DNA of 64,000 nt, taken from assembly GCA_934277845.1 (NCBI GenBank), contig CAKQVV010000001.1, positions 2,531 through 66,530 on the forward strand. Reading direction: 5' to 3'. This DNA comes from an uncultured Clostridia bacterium. Lineage in GTDB: Bacteria > Bacillota > Clostridia > Christensenellales > Pumilibacteraceae. Each line of letters begins with the position of its first letter. The stretch's first letter is position 1. The notes under the pieces are model-generated. The model ran no database searches, was not told where the DNA came from, and saw nothing but the letters and a program-made list of their open reading frames with translations. This document shows positions 7,514-17,390 of the stretch, one piece after another. Position numbers and translations under genes: made by a program.

Positions 7514-10500
7514 TCACTCGCCGGCAGCGGGACTTTTGGTAAACGCCGCGTTCGACGACTTTAACAACTCGGCGGCACTCGCGGGATCGGAAAGCGTCGC
7601 TTCGTCTACCGCCGTTTCGCCGCCGAACCAGCCGGCAGGATCGGCAAAGTTAAGTTCGGTGAGCGCGGTGCCCAGGAAAGCACCCGCGCCGATTGCCGTC
7701 ACTTTGCCGGGCACGGTGAGGGCGGTCAGCGCAACGGCGTAGTGGAACGCGCTCGCCCCGATCGTCGTCACCGAGTCCGCAAGCGTCACGGACGTAAGCC
7801 GCGGACAATTACGGAAAGCCTCGTCGCCGATCGTCTTTACGCCGTCACTGATCGTAACGCGCTCGAGCGTTTCGTTGAACGCGAACGCCTTTGCCGCCAA
7901 CGTTTCGCCGCCGTTCACCGTCAGGTTTTTAACCCCGTACGGCACTATTCCGACCGCGCCTGCGGGAACGGACAACGTCTCGGGATGTGAGGTCCAGAAC
8001 ACGTCGCCGTTAATATTCACGCTCGTACATAAAATCGTGACGTCGTTCAGCGCGGCGCAGTTGCCGAAGGCACAATCGCCGATGCTCGCCACACTTCCGC
8101 CGAGCGTAATGGAAACAAGGTTTTTTGCATGACGGAACGCGCCCGATGCAACCGATTTCATGAAACTCGGCGATCTGAACACGGTATCCGGCTTTGCAAC
8201 CGCATAGCGCACCAGTAATCCGCTGAATTTGTCATAAAGGTCGCCGTTGTAGGCGATATATTGAATGTTATTCTTATCCACTGTAAACTCGGCAAGACGC
8301 TCGTTCAGGTGGAACACGCCGTCGCCGATACTCGTCACGGAAGCGGGGATCGCATATTCGGTCACGGCACAGCCGGCAAAAGCCGCGTCGCCTATCGTCA
8401 TGACGCTGATACCGATATTTACGTCGGTAAGCGCGGTGCAACCGTCGAACGCGTGTGCGGCGATTATCGTCACTTGCCGCCCGGTGTCGACCGTCTTTAT
8501 GCTCGTACAACGTGCAAACGCGTGCTCGCCTATTTCGTTTACGTCGTCGGGAACGACCACGTCGGTGACGAGCGCGTCGCCTACGTACAGATCATACGAA
8601 GAGAAAGTATATTTGCCGAAACCGAAACTCATCCAGCCGAGAACGTCGGGCGCGTGTACGGTTTTCAGGTTCTCGAGTTCTGCGAAAGCGTACTCTCCGA
8701 CGGTCATTCTCAGCGTGGCGAAAGTGACGTCCTCCAACGCCTTGCTTCCGTAAAACGCACGTTGACCGATGTTTTCGACGCTCTCCGGCAATGTGATCGT
8801 TTTCAGCGAGCCGCACTCCGAGAACGTGTACTCGCCTATCGTTTTCACCGCCGGCATATCGACCGAAACGAGGTTTTCGCAATAACGGAACGCGTCGTCG
8901 CCGATCACCGTGGTTTTCGGCAGCGAAACCGTTTCGAGCAAAGGCTGCCTCGTAAAATATCCCGACTTGATCTCGCCGCCGTCGTTTACGGTCGCGTGCT
9001 TTACGGTAAATCCGTTGAAAGCCGCGGCTGGTGCAGTGGCGTAATCGGCACTGCAATCCGCAAACGCAAGAGATTCCAAGTCTGCAGTAGCCGGAACGTA
9101 CACCCTCTCGAAACGTCCGCTGAACGCGTAAGAATCGATCGTTTCCACGCTGTCGGGCAAAATCAGGTTTTTGAGATCGGTACTCCTTGTAAACGCGTAA
9201 CTTTGAATAATTCGCAACGCATCGCCAAAATCTATTTCGGTGAGCGGACAACCGTTGAAAGCATTGTGCCCTATTTCGGTCACGCCGTCAAGAGTAAGCG
9301 ACGCAAGCGGCGAGCCGTCGATATTGAATAACCCCGCGGGCACCGCTCCCGATCCTCTTAAAGTTACTTTTTTAAGTTTTTCTCTGGGGAACGAACTTGC
9401 AATAGACAGCGGAATATCCGCGATTTCCACCTGATCACCGAACGCGTCGGGCATAAGCGTTTTTATATTGCCGCGAAGCGTGACTTCTTTCAGCGGCGCA
9501 CCTTCAAACACGCGGTAACCAGTCGTCAGGTCGTCGCCGTCGATTTCGATTTTGTCGATCGAAGTACCGGCAAACGCGCACTCGCCGAGCGATCTGATTT
9601 TTCCGCGGAAAGTCGCGGCGGTAATTCCCGCACATTCGCTGAACGCGTACTCGCCGATCTCCGTCACGCCGGCGGGGAAATCGACTGCGGAAAGACCGTC
9701 GCAACGCGAAAACGCGAAATTCCCGATCTTAATCAGCGACGCGGGAAAATTCAACGTGCCGAGTTTTTCGCAACGGGAAAACGCGCTTTCGCCTATTTCG
9801 GTCAATCTCTCGCCGAACGTAACCGCCGTGAGGTTTACGCAACCCTGAAACGCGCCCTGCGGAATAATCGCAACGCCCGCAAGGGTTGCGGAAGTCAGCG
9901 CGCTCATGTCCGCAAACGCATACGTGCCTATCGTTTCCAGCGACGCGGGTAAATTAAGCGCAGTCACTTTATCGAGCGCGTAAAACGCACTGTCGCCTAT
10001 CGATTTAAGGTTATTCCCCAGCTTGACGACGGAAATATTATTGCAACCGGAGAAAGGGGTTTTACCGACGGAAACCGCCGCCGAAAGGTCGACGGACGAA
10101 AGCAGTCTGCACCCAGACAGCGCGCTGTCGCCGATTTCTTTTACTTTCCCGAGGTCGATCGAACTCATTGCGTCACAACCCTCAAAAGCGTAACTGCCTA
10201 TTTTTTTCACGCTGCCAAGATCGATTTCGGTCAGACCGGTGCACATACAGAATGCCTCGTCGCCGATTACCTTCACGCTGTCGCCGATCGTCACGCTTCT
10301 TAAATCCACGCAGTCCTTGAAAGCACGCGCGGGCAATACTTCGCCCGCCGTGATATTTACGACGCACATATTCCGGCAATCGAAGAATCCGAGCGCGAAC
10401 GCAGGCCCGGTAAACGACGAGCACCTCACGCCGGAGAACGCGTCCTTTCCGATAGAAGTCACGCCGGCGGGAATGACGATTTCGCCGATCTCGCCGCAGT

Positions 10501-11125
10501 CGTTAAACGCGCGGGCGCGTATTTCCGTGAGCGACGACGGCAGCGAAAGCCTCGTGATCGGGAAATTCTCGAAAGCCGACACGCCTATCGCTTTTACTGG
10601 TGCTTCGCCGTGTTCGCCGTCATCGTAAGTTTCGGGTATGACGACGTTATAATCGCCGTTGATCGCGTAGTCGCCGAGTCCCGCCACGGTATAACCGCCG
10701 TTTTCGTAAATATAGGCGGCACTGCGCTCGTCTTTCTGTCCGCACTCCACGCACTCGCCGTCCGTGAAATAATGCGGCGTGTGCGCAAACGCGTTTTTAT
10801 GGCTTTCGTCACAGATGATCTCGTGCCAGTGATGATATTTATCGCGGCTCCATTCTTTCGCGAACTTGTGTTCCAGAACAGGTCCGAAATAGAACGTGCT
10901 TTCCGATTTTTCGCCGCACTTGCATGAATAGTAATACTTTGCGGACTCGTTGCACGTTGCGGGCGAAGCGAGATACTCGTCCGTCGCTACCTCTTCGGTA
11001 AACTCGTGGACGTGCTCGTCGTTTCCGTCCGTATTCCCACCCGAAGGCACTTCGTCGCAACCTATCGCGACAGCCGCCGCGAAGGCAACCAGCGATATCA
11101 TCAATGCAAAAAATTTCTTTTTCAT
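7514..11125 (-). CDS. BspA-type leucine-rich-repeat surface lipoprotein
   Basis: There are tens of ~23-aa repeats of the form ..L..V.IP.SVT.IG..AF..C..L. The signal peptide MKKKFFALMISLVAFAAAVAIGC carries lipobox AIGC. The start ATG at 11123-11125 has GAGGAAAG upstream. The track ORF starts 45 nt earlier. Confidence 0.8.
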   Translation of the reverse strand: MKKKFFALMISLVAFAAAVAIGCDEVPSGGNTDGNDEHVHEFTEEVATDEYLASPATCNESAKYYYSCKCGEKSESTFYFGPVLEHKFAKEWSRDKYHHWHEIICDESHKNAFAHTPHYFTDGECVECGQKDERSAAYIYENGGYTVAGLGDYAINGDYNVVIPETYDDGEHGEAPVKAIGVSAFENFPITRLSLPSSLTEIRARAFNDCGEIGEIVIPAGVTSIGKDAFSGVRCSSFTGPAFALGFFDCRNMCVVNITAGEVLPARAFKDCVDLRSVTIGDSVKVIGDEAFCMCTGLTEIDLGSVKKIGSYAFEGCDAMSSIDLGKVKEIGDSALSGCRLLSSVDLSAAVSVGKTPFSGCNNISVVKLGNNLKSIGDSAFYALDKVTALNLPASLETIGTYAFADMSALTSATLAGVAIIPQGAFQGCVNLTAVTFGERLTEIGESAFSRCEKLGTLNFPASLIKIGNFAFSRCDGLSAVDFPAGVTEIGEYAFSECAGITAATFRGKIRSLGECAFAGTSIDKIEIDGDDLTTGYRVFEGAPLKEVTLRGNIKTLMPDAFGDQVEIADIPLSIASSFPREKLKKVTLRGSGAVPAGLFNIDGSPLASLTLDGVTEIGHNAFNGCPLTEIDFGDALRIIQSYAFTRSTDLKNLILPDSVETIDSYAFSGRFERVYVPATADLESLAFADCSADYATAPAAAFNGFTVKHATVNDGGEIKSGYFTRQPLLETVSLPKTTVIGDDAFRYCENLVSVDMPAVKTIGEYTFSECGSLKTITLPESVENIGQRAFYGSKALEDVTFATLRMTVGEYAFAELENLKTVHAPDVLGWMSFGFGKYTFSSYDLYVGDALVTDVVVPDDVNEIGEHAFARCTSIKTVDTGRQVTIIAAHAFDGCTALTDVNIGISVMTIGDAAFAGCAVTEYAIPASVTSIGDGVFHLNERLAEFTVDKNNIQYIAYNGDLYDKFSGLLVRYAVAKPDTVFRSPSFMKSVASGAFRHAKNLVSITLGGSVASIGDCAFGNCAALNDVTILCTSVNINGDVFWTSHPETLSVPAGAVGIVPYGVKNLTVNGGETLAAKAFAFNETLERVTISDGVKTIGDEAFRNCPRLTSVTLADSVTTIGASAFHYAVALTALTVPGKVTAIGAGAFLGTALTELNFADPAGWFGGETAVDEATLSDPASAAELLKSSNAAFTKSPAAGE

Positions 11126-11432
11126 CGTTTCTTTCCTCAAAATCCGTTTCACAATTGTCTTGTCGTTCACATTATAGCACTATATGCACCGATTTTCAAG
11201 TTTTTTATGCGAAAATCAGTGATTTTAAGCGTAAAAATCAAATTTCAAGTATTATTTTACTTGACATTAGTAATGATTGTAAATTATAATCTATATAAAT
11301 CGGACGGCAAAATCGGATGAAACATGTTTGCGTTTTTACACGACGCGTCTGAATTTTTGCGTTCGTGCACACCCGAAACTGCTTTTGTCAACACGCCGGA
11401 AAAATCTCGTCGACAAGGAGCGGAACTCAACT

Positions 11433-12572
11433 ATGGAAAGTCTGATGTTCTGTGAAATAAATCTGCTTTGCGCCGTCATACTCGCGATCATGGCTGTCAA
11501 AGCCATGCGCATGGGACTGGACAACACCACGAAAAAGACGGTTTTCGTCGCGGCTATACTTTTTGCGATGGCAATGAATCTTTTCGATGCGGCGTGGAGC
11601 CCCGCGCGCAAACTCTGGCACGCTCCTCAATTCGTGCTGTATATCCTGAACTCTCTGTACTTTGCCTCGATGGGAACGGCGGCGTTCCTGTGGTTGTGTT
11701 TCTCGGAAATCTACCGGAAAGTACGCCTTACCAGAAACAAATTGCTTTTTATACTCGCCATCACTCCGCTTGTCACGCTGTACGTTCTTTGCATAATCAC
11801 TCCTTTCACCGGCTGGTTCTTCTATTTCAACGAAGCGGGCGAATATACGCGCGGTCCCGCGTTTTACCTGCAATACGTTCTCGGCTACGGTTATGTCGCC
11901 GCGGCGTCGGTCATCAATCTTTTCGGCATGATTTCGAGAAAAAATTTCGCGCACAAAGAGGATTATGCGGCAATGCTGTCGTTTGCGCTGCCGCCGATAA
12001 TCTGTGCGGCGTTGCAAGCGATATTTCAGGACTTGCCGATCATATCGGCTTCTCCCGCAATATCGTTTCTGCTCATCTACACCAGTTCGCTCCAGTCGCA
12101 GATTTGCCTGGATCCGCTGACAGGCATCAATAACCGAAGAAAACTTCTCATGGAACTGTCCGAAAAGATAAAGAAACCGTCGGACGGAAAAGACCTGTAC
12201 TTCCTCTTCCTCGACGTCGACTCGTTCAAGGACATAAACGACGCTCACGGACATTTCGAGGGCGACAGAACGCTGCAACTAATCGGTGACGCGCTGAGCG
12301 AAGTCTGCGCGGAAACGGGCGGCGTCTGCGCGCGTTACGGCGGCGACGAATTCGTTGTACTGCAGGAACTCGACAAAAATTCGGACGTAAACGGGATTTG
12401 CGACAAAGTTCACGAACGCATCGGGCAAATTCATAAAACCGGAAATTACGCTTATCCCATAAGCGTGAGCATAGGTTGCTCCAAGTACGACGCAAGCGAT
12501 GACGTACAGTCGCTGATCGCACGCGCGGACAAGAAAATGTATCTTACCAAAGCGAATAAGTCGGCAGATTAA
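11433..12572 (+). CDS. Membrane-anchored diguanylate cyclase (GGDEF domain)
   Basis: The N-terminal ~230 aa are multi-pass hydrophobic. The C-terminus reads DPLTGINNRRKL...FLDVDSFKDINDAHGHFEGD...RYGGDEF with an intact GGDEF. I place the start at MESLMF (AAGGAG upstream). The track ORF starts at 11328. Confidence 0.85.
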   Translation: MESLMFCEINLLCAVILAIMAVKAMRMGLDNTTKKTVFVAAILFAMAMNLFDAAWSPARKLWHAPQFVLYILNSLYFASMGTAAFLWLCFSEIYRKVRLTRNKLLFILAITPLVTLYVLCIITPFTGWFFYFNEAGEYTRGPAFYLQYVLGYGYVAAASVINLFGMISRKNFAHKEDYAAMLSFALPPIICAALQAIFQDLPIISASPAISFLLIYTSSLQSQICLDPLTGINNRRKLLMELSEKIKKPSDGKDLYFLFLDVDSFKDINDAHGHFEGDRTLQLIGDALSEVCAETGGVCARYGGDEFVVLQELDKNSDVNGICDKVHERIGQIHKTGNYAYPISVSIGCSKYDASDDVQSLIARADKKMYLTKANKSAD

Positions 12573-12611
12573 AATCGGTCGGCTTATTTGCTCCATTTAT
12601 GGAGTTCCGCG

Positions 12612-12645
12612 AAACGAGCGAACGCATTTGCGTTCGCTCGTTTTT
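12612..12645 (+). terminator. Intrinsic terminator of the GGDEF gene
   Basis: AAACGAGCGAACGC-attt-GCGTTCGCTCGTTT, a 14-bp perfect stem followed by T-run. Confidence 0.75.
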
Positions 12646-12718
12646 CCGAATTACGCGGCAGAACGGAAATTCGCGTTATAATTCCTGTTTATCATTTCAT
12701 GTTCGAATACTTGTTTTC

Positions 12719-12810
12719 ACAAGCAAAAACCACACCGTTATAACTAAACTATCTGCCACAAATTAAAACCAAATAATAAAATAACCTTGGTGTTACGGAT
12801 GCGAATTACC
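12719..12810 (-). repeat. AT-rich 3'-flank element, family B, copy 1
   Basis: The reverse complement of 60020-60119 aligns with it (core ACAAGCAAAARCCAYACCRTTATAACTAAACTATCTRCCACAAATTAAAA..AATAATAAA.TAACCTT ... GCGAATTACC). It begins 5 nt after the SDR stop codon. Confidence 0.7.
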
Positions 12811-12814
12811 GACC

Positions 12815-13597
12815 TTAATCCTCGGGTATTATCGGGTATAACTGTATCGTATTCCCTCCGTCGACGACGAGTTCCGCACCGGTCGTGACGCGGGCGGCGG
12901 ACGCGAAATACCATACCGCGTCGGCTACGTCGCTGCCGTCGGCTACGTCGCCGACAGGCGTGTACCGGGACGGAACGCGGGCGTAAAACCCGGGGTTTTT
13001 CACCCAGCGGTCGGTGCGGATCATGCCGGGGAGCACGGCGTTGACGCGGATATTATACTTGCCGAGATCGAACGCGAGTGCGCGCATCATGCCCAGTTGT
13101 CCGCTCTTGGACGCCGAATACGCTATGCGGTCGGGAATAACGCGGTACGCGGTGTTTGAATTTACGAACACGACGCTGCCGCCGCCGTTATCTTTCATTC
13201 GCCGCGCGGCTTCCTCGACCATGAGGTAATTCCAGGTCATATTCGTATTTATCACGCGCATAAAGTCGGTGATCGGATTCTCGAAAATCTTTATTCCCAG
13301 CCCCTGATCGGCGGCGTTGAGCACCAGCGTATCGACGAAAATCCCCGCCTCGTCCAGATCCGCGAACAGTTCCTTTACGCCCGCTTCGTTCACGGTCGTG
13401 TCGCCGACGAGCGAAGTCAGCGTTTTGCCGACGATCTTCACGCCGGGGAACGCCGCGCGGTAACGCTTTTCCGCTTCCGCGACCTTGTCCGCGCTCCTGC
13501 CGGTAAAGACAACGTTTCTGCCCTCGGACGCGAACTTTTCCACGATCGCCACGCCGGTATTGACGCACGCGCCCGTTATCAGAGAAAATCTTTCCAT
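12815..13597 (-). CDS. SDR-family oxidoreductase
   Basis: 260 aa. N-terminal TGACVNTGVAIVEKF (degenerate TGxxxGxG), NAA motif, and catalytic YSASKSG (YxxxK). Confidence 0.85.
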   Translation of the reverse strand: MERFSLITGACVNTGVAIVEKFASEGRNVVFTGRSADKVAEAEKRYRAAFPGVKIVGKTLTSLVGDTTVNEAGVKELFADLDEAGIFVDTLVLNAADQGLGIKIFENPITDFMRVINTNMTWNYLMVEEAARRMKDNGGGSVVFVNSNTAYRVIPDRIAYSASKSGQLGMMRALAFDLGKYNIRVNAVLPGMIRTDRWVKNPGFYARVPSRYTPVGDVADGSDVADAVWYFASAARVTTGAELVVDGGNTIQLYPIIPED

Positions 13598-13600
13598 ACT

Positions 13601-15025
13601 CTATTCCTCTTCGAAAAAGTCGCCGAAAGTCAGTACGAGCGGATAGTCGCGCACGGGTATTTCGTCCAGAACGTACACGCCGCCGTCGCGCTTTTTCATT
13701 TCCCCCGGTATCTCGTACACCGAGCCGTCCATGGGATCGACCAGCCGTACTTTTTCCTCCGGCATATCGACGGTGAGCGAAGTCAGTCCGTCGTAGGTTT
13801 CGGTCATAAGGTCGGCGGGTTTATAGTAAAAATACGCCGACGCGCCGTTCGGTTTCCGGAATCCGAAGTGTGCGAGTTCCCTGCCCGCGACGGTATAGCC
13901 GAACACTCGCTCGGTGTAGTGCTCGCCCATGGGGAAAATCGGCAAAAGCGCGGGGACTGCGCCGTCACGCCCGAACAATCCGCAGAGGTTTTTCAGCGCG
14001 TAATAGGACTTTTTCGGCACAAATGTGCCGATCGACTTTCCCTCGGCGTCGAACTGCGCACCTAAAATCCCGAAGTAGCCGTAGTCGAGATAACTTGCGA
14101 CGTTGCCGTTCTCTCCGTAGAGAGCCTCGGACATGTCGACGGTGGTGAACCAGGACGTGAACTCGACTTCGGTGTCAAGATCGACGATCAGCCTGCGGAG
14201 AAGAAGTTTCGCCTGCTTGTCCTGCGACCAGTTGCCCTTGCACATCGCTCCGTTGCCGTTCGGCTCGGACGGGCTGCCCGACTCGCCCTGAATGATCTTA
14301 ATTCCCGGGTTATAGCGGTTTATCAGCGCGCGAAGGTAATTCACGGTGTTGGGCACTTCGAGTTCGCGGCGAGAATACTCGTGATAAGTGATATAGTCGA
14401 TATATTTTCCCGCGCCCGTTTCAAAAACGTCGTGCACCCAAGCGGGGCTGTGGTAGACCGAATAGATCGAGCCGGCGATAATCCTCGCGCCGCTATCGCC
14501 CGTTTTGACCGCCTTGGCGGTTTCGATAACGAAGTTGCCGTACTCGGTACCCGACGGACCGTGTTTCCAGCACCAGACACCGTCCGGCTCGTTCCACACT
14601 TCGTAAAGACTCACTTTACCCTTGTAATGCTCGGCAACGGCACGGCAGTACTCCCGCCATGCCGCCTTGTCCTCGTCCGAGAAGATCGGCGGCACGCCTA
14701 CCGCGCCGAACTGCTTTTTCGCGGCTTCGGTATAGATTTCGTTGCCGTAGCAAAGGCACAGCCACGGCACCATGCCGCGCGAGATGAGCGCGTCCACTAC
14801 TTCGTCCAGCCAGCCGAAGTCGTACACGCTCTCCTCTTTTTCGGTGCGCTGCCAGCCCGATTGCAGGCGAACGTATTTCACTCCCGTATCGGCGAGCGGC
14901 TCGTAGGTCTGCTCGTGATCGAACATGTTGCGGTCGAGTTTTTCCAGTCCGATGCCGAACTTCATAAACGAAATTTCGTCCGAGCGATAAGTTTTTATTT
15001 TTCCGGTTTTTTTAAGTCCGTTCAT
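13601..15025 (-). CDS. Glycoside hydrolase, clan GH-A TIM barrel (GH5/GH39-like; family not resolved)
   Basis: 474 aa with YEVWNEPD (the acid/base NEP motif of clan GH-A) and a later IIQGESG candidate nucleophile. AAGGAG upstream. Tightly packed between the dehydratase and SDR genes. Confidence 0.6.
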   Translation of the reverse strand: MNGLKKTGKIKTYRSDEISFMKFGIGLEKLDRNMFDHEQTYEPLADTGVKYVRLQSGWQRTEKEESVYDFGWLDEVVDALISRGMVPWLCLCYGNEIYTEAAKKQFGAVGVPPIFSDEDKAAWREYCRAVAEHYKGKVSLYEVWNEPDGVWCWKHGPSGTEYGNFVIETAKAVKTGDSGARIIAGSIYSVYHSPAWVHDVFETGAGKYIDYITYHEYSRRELEVPNTVNYLRALINRYNPGIKIIQGESGSPSEPNGNGAMCKGNWSQDKQAKLLLRRLIVDLDTEVEFTSWFTTVDMSEALYGENGNVASYLDYGYFGILGAQFDAEGKSIGTFVPKKSYYALKNLCGLFGRDGAVPALLPIFPMGEHYTERVFGYTVAGRELAHFGFRKPNGASAYFYYKPADLMTETYDGLTSLTVDMPEEKVRLVDPMDGSVYEIPGEMKKRDGGVYVLDEIPVRDYPLVLTFGDFFEEE

Positions 15026-15038
15026 GGATTTTTGCTCC

Positions 15039-16199
15039 TTAAAAATAAAATTCGGTTCTGGGCGGGCGGATATCGGTCAGCGCGCCCGTGTAATGGCGAA
15101 GATTATGCTCGACGTACGGGTGACGCAGGCACTCTTCTTCGTTGAGTTCCAGCCCAAGTCCCGGCTTGTCGCCGATCTTTATCCTGCCGTTTTCGTACAC
15201 GAGGTTTTCGTTCGTGATATACTTGCGGTAGTCGACGTCCGAGTACATGATTTCCAGCACGTCGAAGTTCGGACAGCACGCCGCGAGTTGCAGCGTTGCG
15301 GCGTTGGCGACCGGTCCCGACGGGTTGTGCGGCGCGAACGGTATATAATTCGCTTCCGCGATCGCCGCGATTTTTTTGAGTTCCATTATTCCGCCCGCGT
15401 GGCTCACGTCGGGCTGAATATAGTCGGCGGCACGACGGCGGAAAAGTTCGTTGTAATCAAAACGCGTGTATAACCTCTCGCCTGCCGCAATGGGTACGGG
15501 CGATTTTTCTCTGACTGCCGCAAGTGCTTCGAGATTATTCGGCGGCACGGGTTCTTCGAACCATTTGGGACGGAACCGTTCCAGTTCTTTTGCGATCTTT
15601 ATGCCGGTGGGCACGTCGAATCTGCCGTGTCCTTCGATGAGAAGATCGACGTCCGATCCCGCCGCTTCGCGCACCGCCGCCACACATTCGAGCGCGGTAT
15701 CGAGGTCACGGTTGGAAATCTGCAAATAATTCTTGCCGAACGGATCCCACTTCATCGCCGTCACGCCGCGTTTTACCGCTTCTTTCGCCTTTTCCGCGAA
15801 CTCGGCAGGCGTTTTCGCGCCGGCGAACCAGCCGTTGACGTAGATGCGGCAATCGTCGCGTACTTTGCCGCCGAGCAACCGGTAAACCGGCACGCCCAAG
15901 GACTTAGCGAGTATATCCCACATTGCGGTTTCCACCGCGGAAAGCGCACTCATAAGCACCGCGCCGCCGCGCCAGTATGCGTCGCGGTAAATATCGTGAT
16001 AATGCCTCTCTATATCGCGCGGATCCTTGCCCAGAAGATAACTTCCGATATGCCCGATCGCGCCTTCGAGAGCCTTTTCCTTGTATTCGAGCGTACCCTC
16101 GCCCACGCCCGAAATGCCTTCGTCGGTGTACACCTTGACGAACACCCAGTTCGTGCGGTAACAGTCGACGATGAACGTCTTTACGTCGGTTACTTTCAT
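15039..16199 (-). CDS. Enolase-superfamily sugar-acid dehydratase (mandelate racemase/muconate-lactonizing family, galactonate-dehydratase-like)
   Basis: 386 aa. MKVTDVKTFIVDCYRTNWVFVKVYTDEGISGVGEGT is a typical capping-domain N-terminus, and the barrel carries metal-ligand acidic residues (..DVDLLIEGH.., ..WFEEP.., ..PIAAGER..). Confidence 0.8.
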   Translation of the reverse strand: MKVTDVKTFIVDCYRTNWVFVKVYTDEGISGVGEGTLEYKEKALEGAIGHIGSYLLGKDPRDIERHYHDIYRDAYWRGGAVLMSALSAVETAMWDILAKSLGVPVYRLLGGKVRDDCRIYVNGWFAGAKTPAEFAEKAKEAVKRGVTAMKWDPFGKNYLQISNRDLDTALECVAAVREAAGSDVDLLIEGHGRFDVPTGIKIAKELERFRPKWFEEPVPPNNLEALAAVREKSPVPIAAGERLYTRFDYNELFRRRAADYIQPDVSHAGGIMELKKIAAIAEANYIPFAPHNPSGPVANAATLQLAACCPNFDVLEIMYSDVDYRKYITNENLVYENGRIKIGDKPGLGLELNEEECLRHPYVEHNLRHYTGALTDIRPPRTEFYF

Positions 16200-16355
16200 T
16201 CGATTCCTCCACCCGGATTATTTCGATTAAATTATACGCCCGCATCTTATCGGAATATATAATTTTCGCGCTGTCATTTATCAAAATCTTACGATTATTC
16301 TTGACCATATCGCTAAAAACGTATATAATCTTATTAAATCGTATTTATAAGGACA

Positions 16356-17171
16356 ATGCGGAAAATGAAGATTTGCGATATAAACGCTTACGGCATATTC
16401 GACGCGGCGGAACTCTTTCGCGGCGCGGCAACTACGGCAAAACGCGAAATCCCCGACTTTGAACTCGAGTTTATCGTGTCGGGCGGCGGGAAAACGTTTA
16501 TCGATGACAAAGAATACCGGCTTCGTCCCAACACGTTCGTCGTGCGTAAACCCGGACAAACAAGTTTCAGCGAGCCGAAATTCAAGTGCTATTTCGTGCA
16601 TATTTCCCTGCCGGCGGACAGCGAGTTTTACGAGTTGCTGTCCGGGCTTCCCGACTACTGCCGTTTTATTAACGCCGACGAGTACCGCGCCGTCACGGAA
16701 AAACTGGTCGGGCGGCTGATAACCGAAGGCAATAACCCATGCGACCTTATGACAAACGCGTTGCTTCTCGAACTTTTCGCGCTTCTTCTCCGCGACAAGG
16801 CGAAAAACGCCGCGGACGACGGCGAAAACCCGCGATACGGCGAAGCGGCGGACAAGGCGATCTCGATAATAGAATCGCATTACGCGGAACGGCTTACGCT
16901 GTCGGTTCTTGCCGGCGCGGTCAACTATTCACCCAACCATTTTCACAGGCTTTTCGTATCGTGCGTCGGCAAATCTCCGCAGGAATTTATACTCGACTAC
17001 CGCATAAAACAGGCAAAACTGCGGCTGACTTCCACGCGCGAAACGCTGTCCGGCATCGCCTACGGCTGCGGTTTTTCTTCGCAGTCGTACTTCAGCCTTT
17101 GCTTTCGCCGCGCCACGGGACTCACTCCCAAAGAATACCGAAAGATGAACAACAACGTTTACCCCGGATAA
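16356..17171 (+). CDS. AraC-family transcriptional regulator
   Basis: 271 aa. C-terminal LSVLAGAVNYSPNHFHRLFVSCVGKSPQEFILDYRIKQAKLRL...GFSSQSYFSLCFRRATGLTPKEYR. The start may instead be the ATG at 16365. Confidence 0.85.
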   Translation: MRKMKICDINAYGIFDAAELFRGAATTAKREIPDFELEFIVSGGGKTFIDDKEYRLRPNTFVVRKPGQTSFSEPKFKCYFVHISLPADSEFYELLSGLPDYCRFINADEYRAVTEKLVGRLITEGNNPCDLMTNALLLELFALLLRDKAKNAADDGENPRYGEAADKAISIIESHYAERLTLSVLAGAVNYSPNHFHRLFVSCVGKSPQEFILDYRIKQAKLRLTSTRETLSGIAYGCGFSSQSYFSLCFRRATGLTPKEYRKMNNNVYPG

Positions 17172-17304
17172 TTCCCGCACTTGCGATAACTATATACTCA
17201 CCGCGTACTCGTCAGCCGCACCGTATCGGGCAATTACATACACTTCGCCCGGCGATTATGTTTCTTTATATTTCGATTATTTCGCCGTTTTGTCGCGGTT
17301 TTTC

Positions 17305-17334
17305 TTGACGAACGCGTTATACGGGCTGTACAAT
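17305..17334 (+). promoter_or_regulatory. Sigma-A-type promoter of the GH30 gene
   Basis: TTGACG (17305-17310), 18 nt, TACAAT (17329-17334). Confidence 0.45.
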
Positions 17335-17390
17335 TCCGGTAGAATCTACGGATACCGGCGATCGTAACGCCGCTTTTTAAGGAGAAAATA

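Noticed and set aside
12815-16199. The dehydratase/GH/SDR operon as a novel pathway
   Set aside because: An enolase-superfamily sugar-acid dehydratase, a dehydrogenase and a glycosidase under a divergent AraC regulator is a common catabolic arrangement. Only the exact substrate is unknown.
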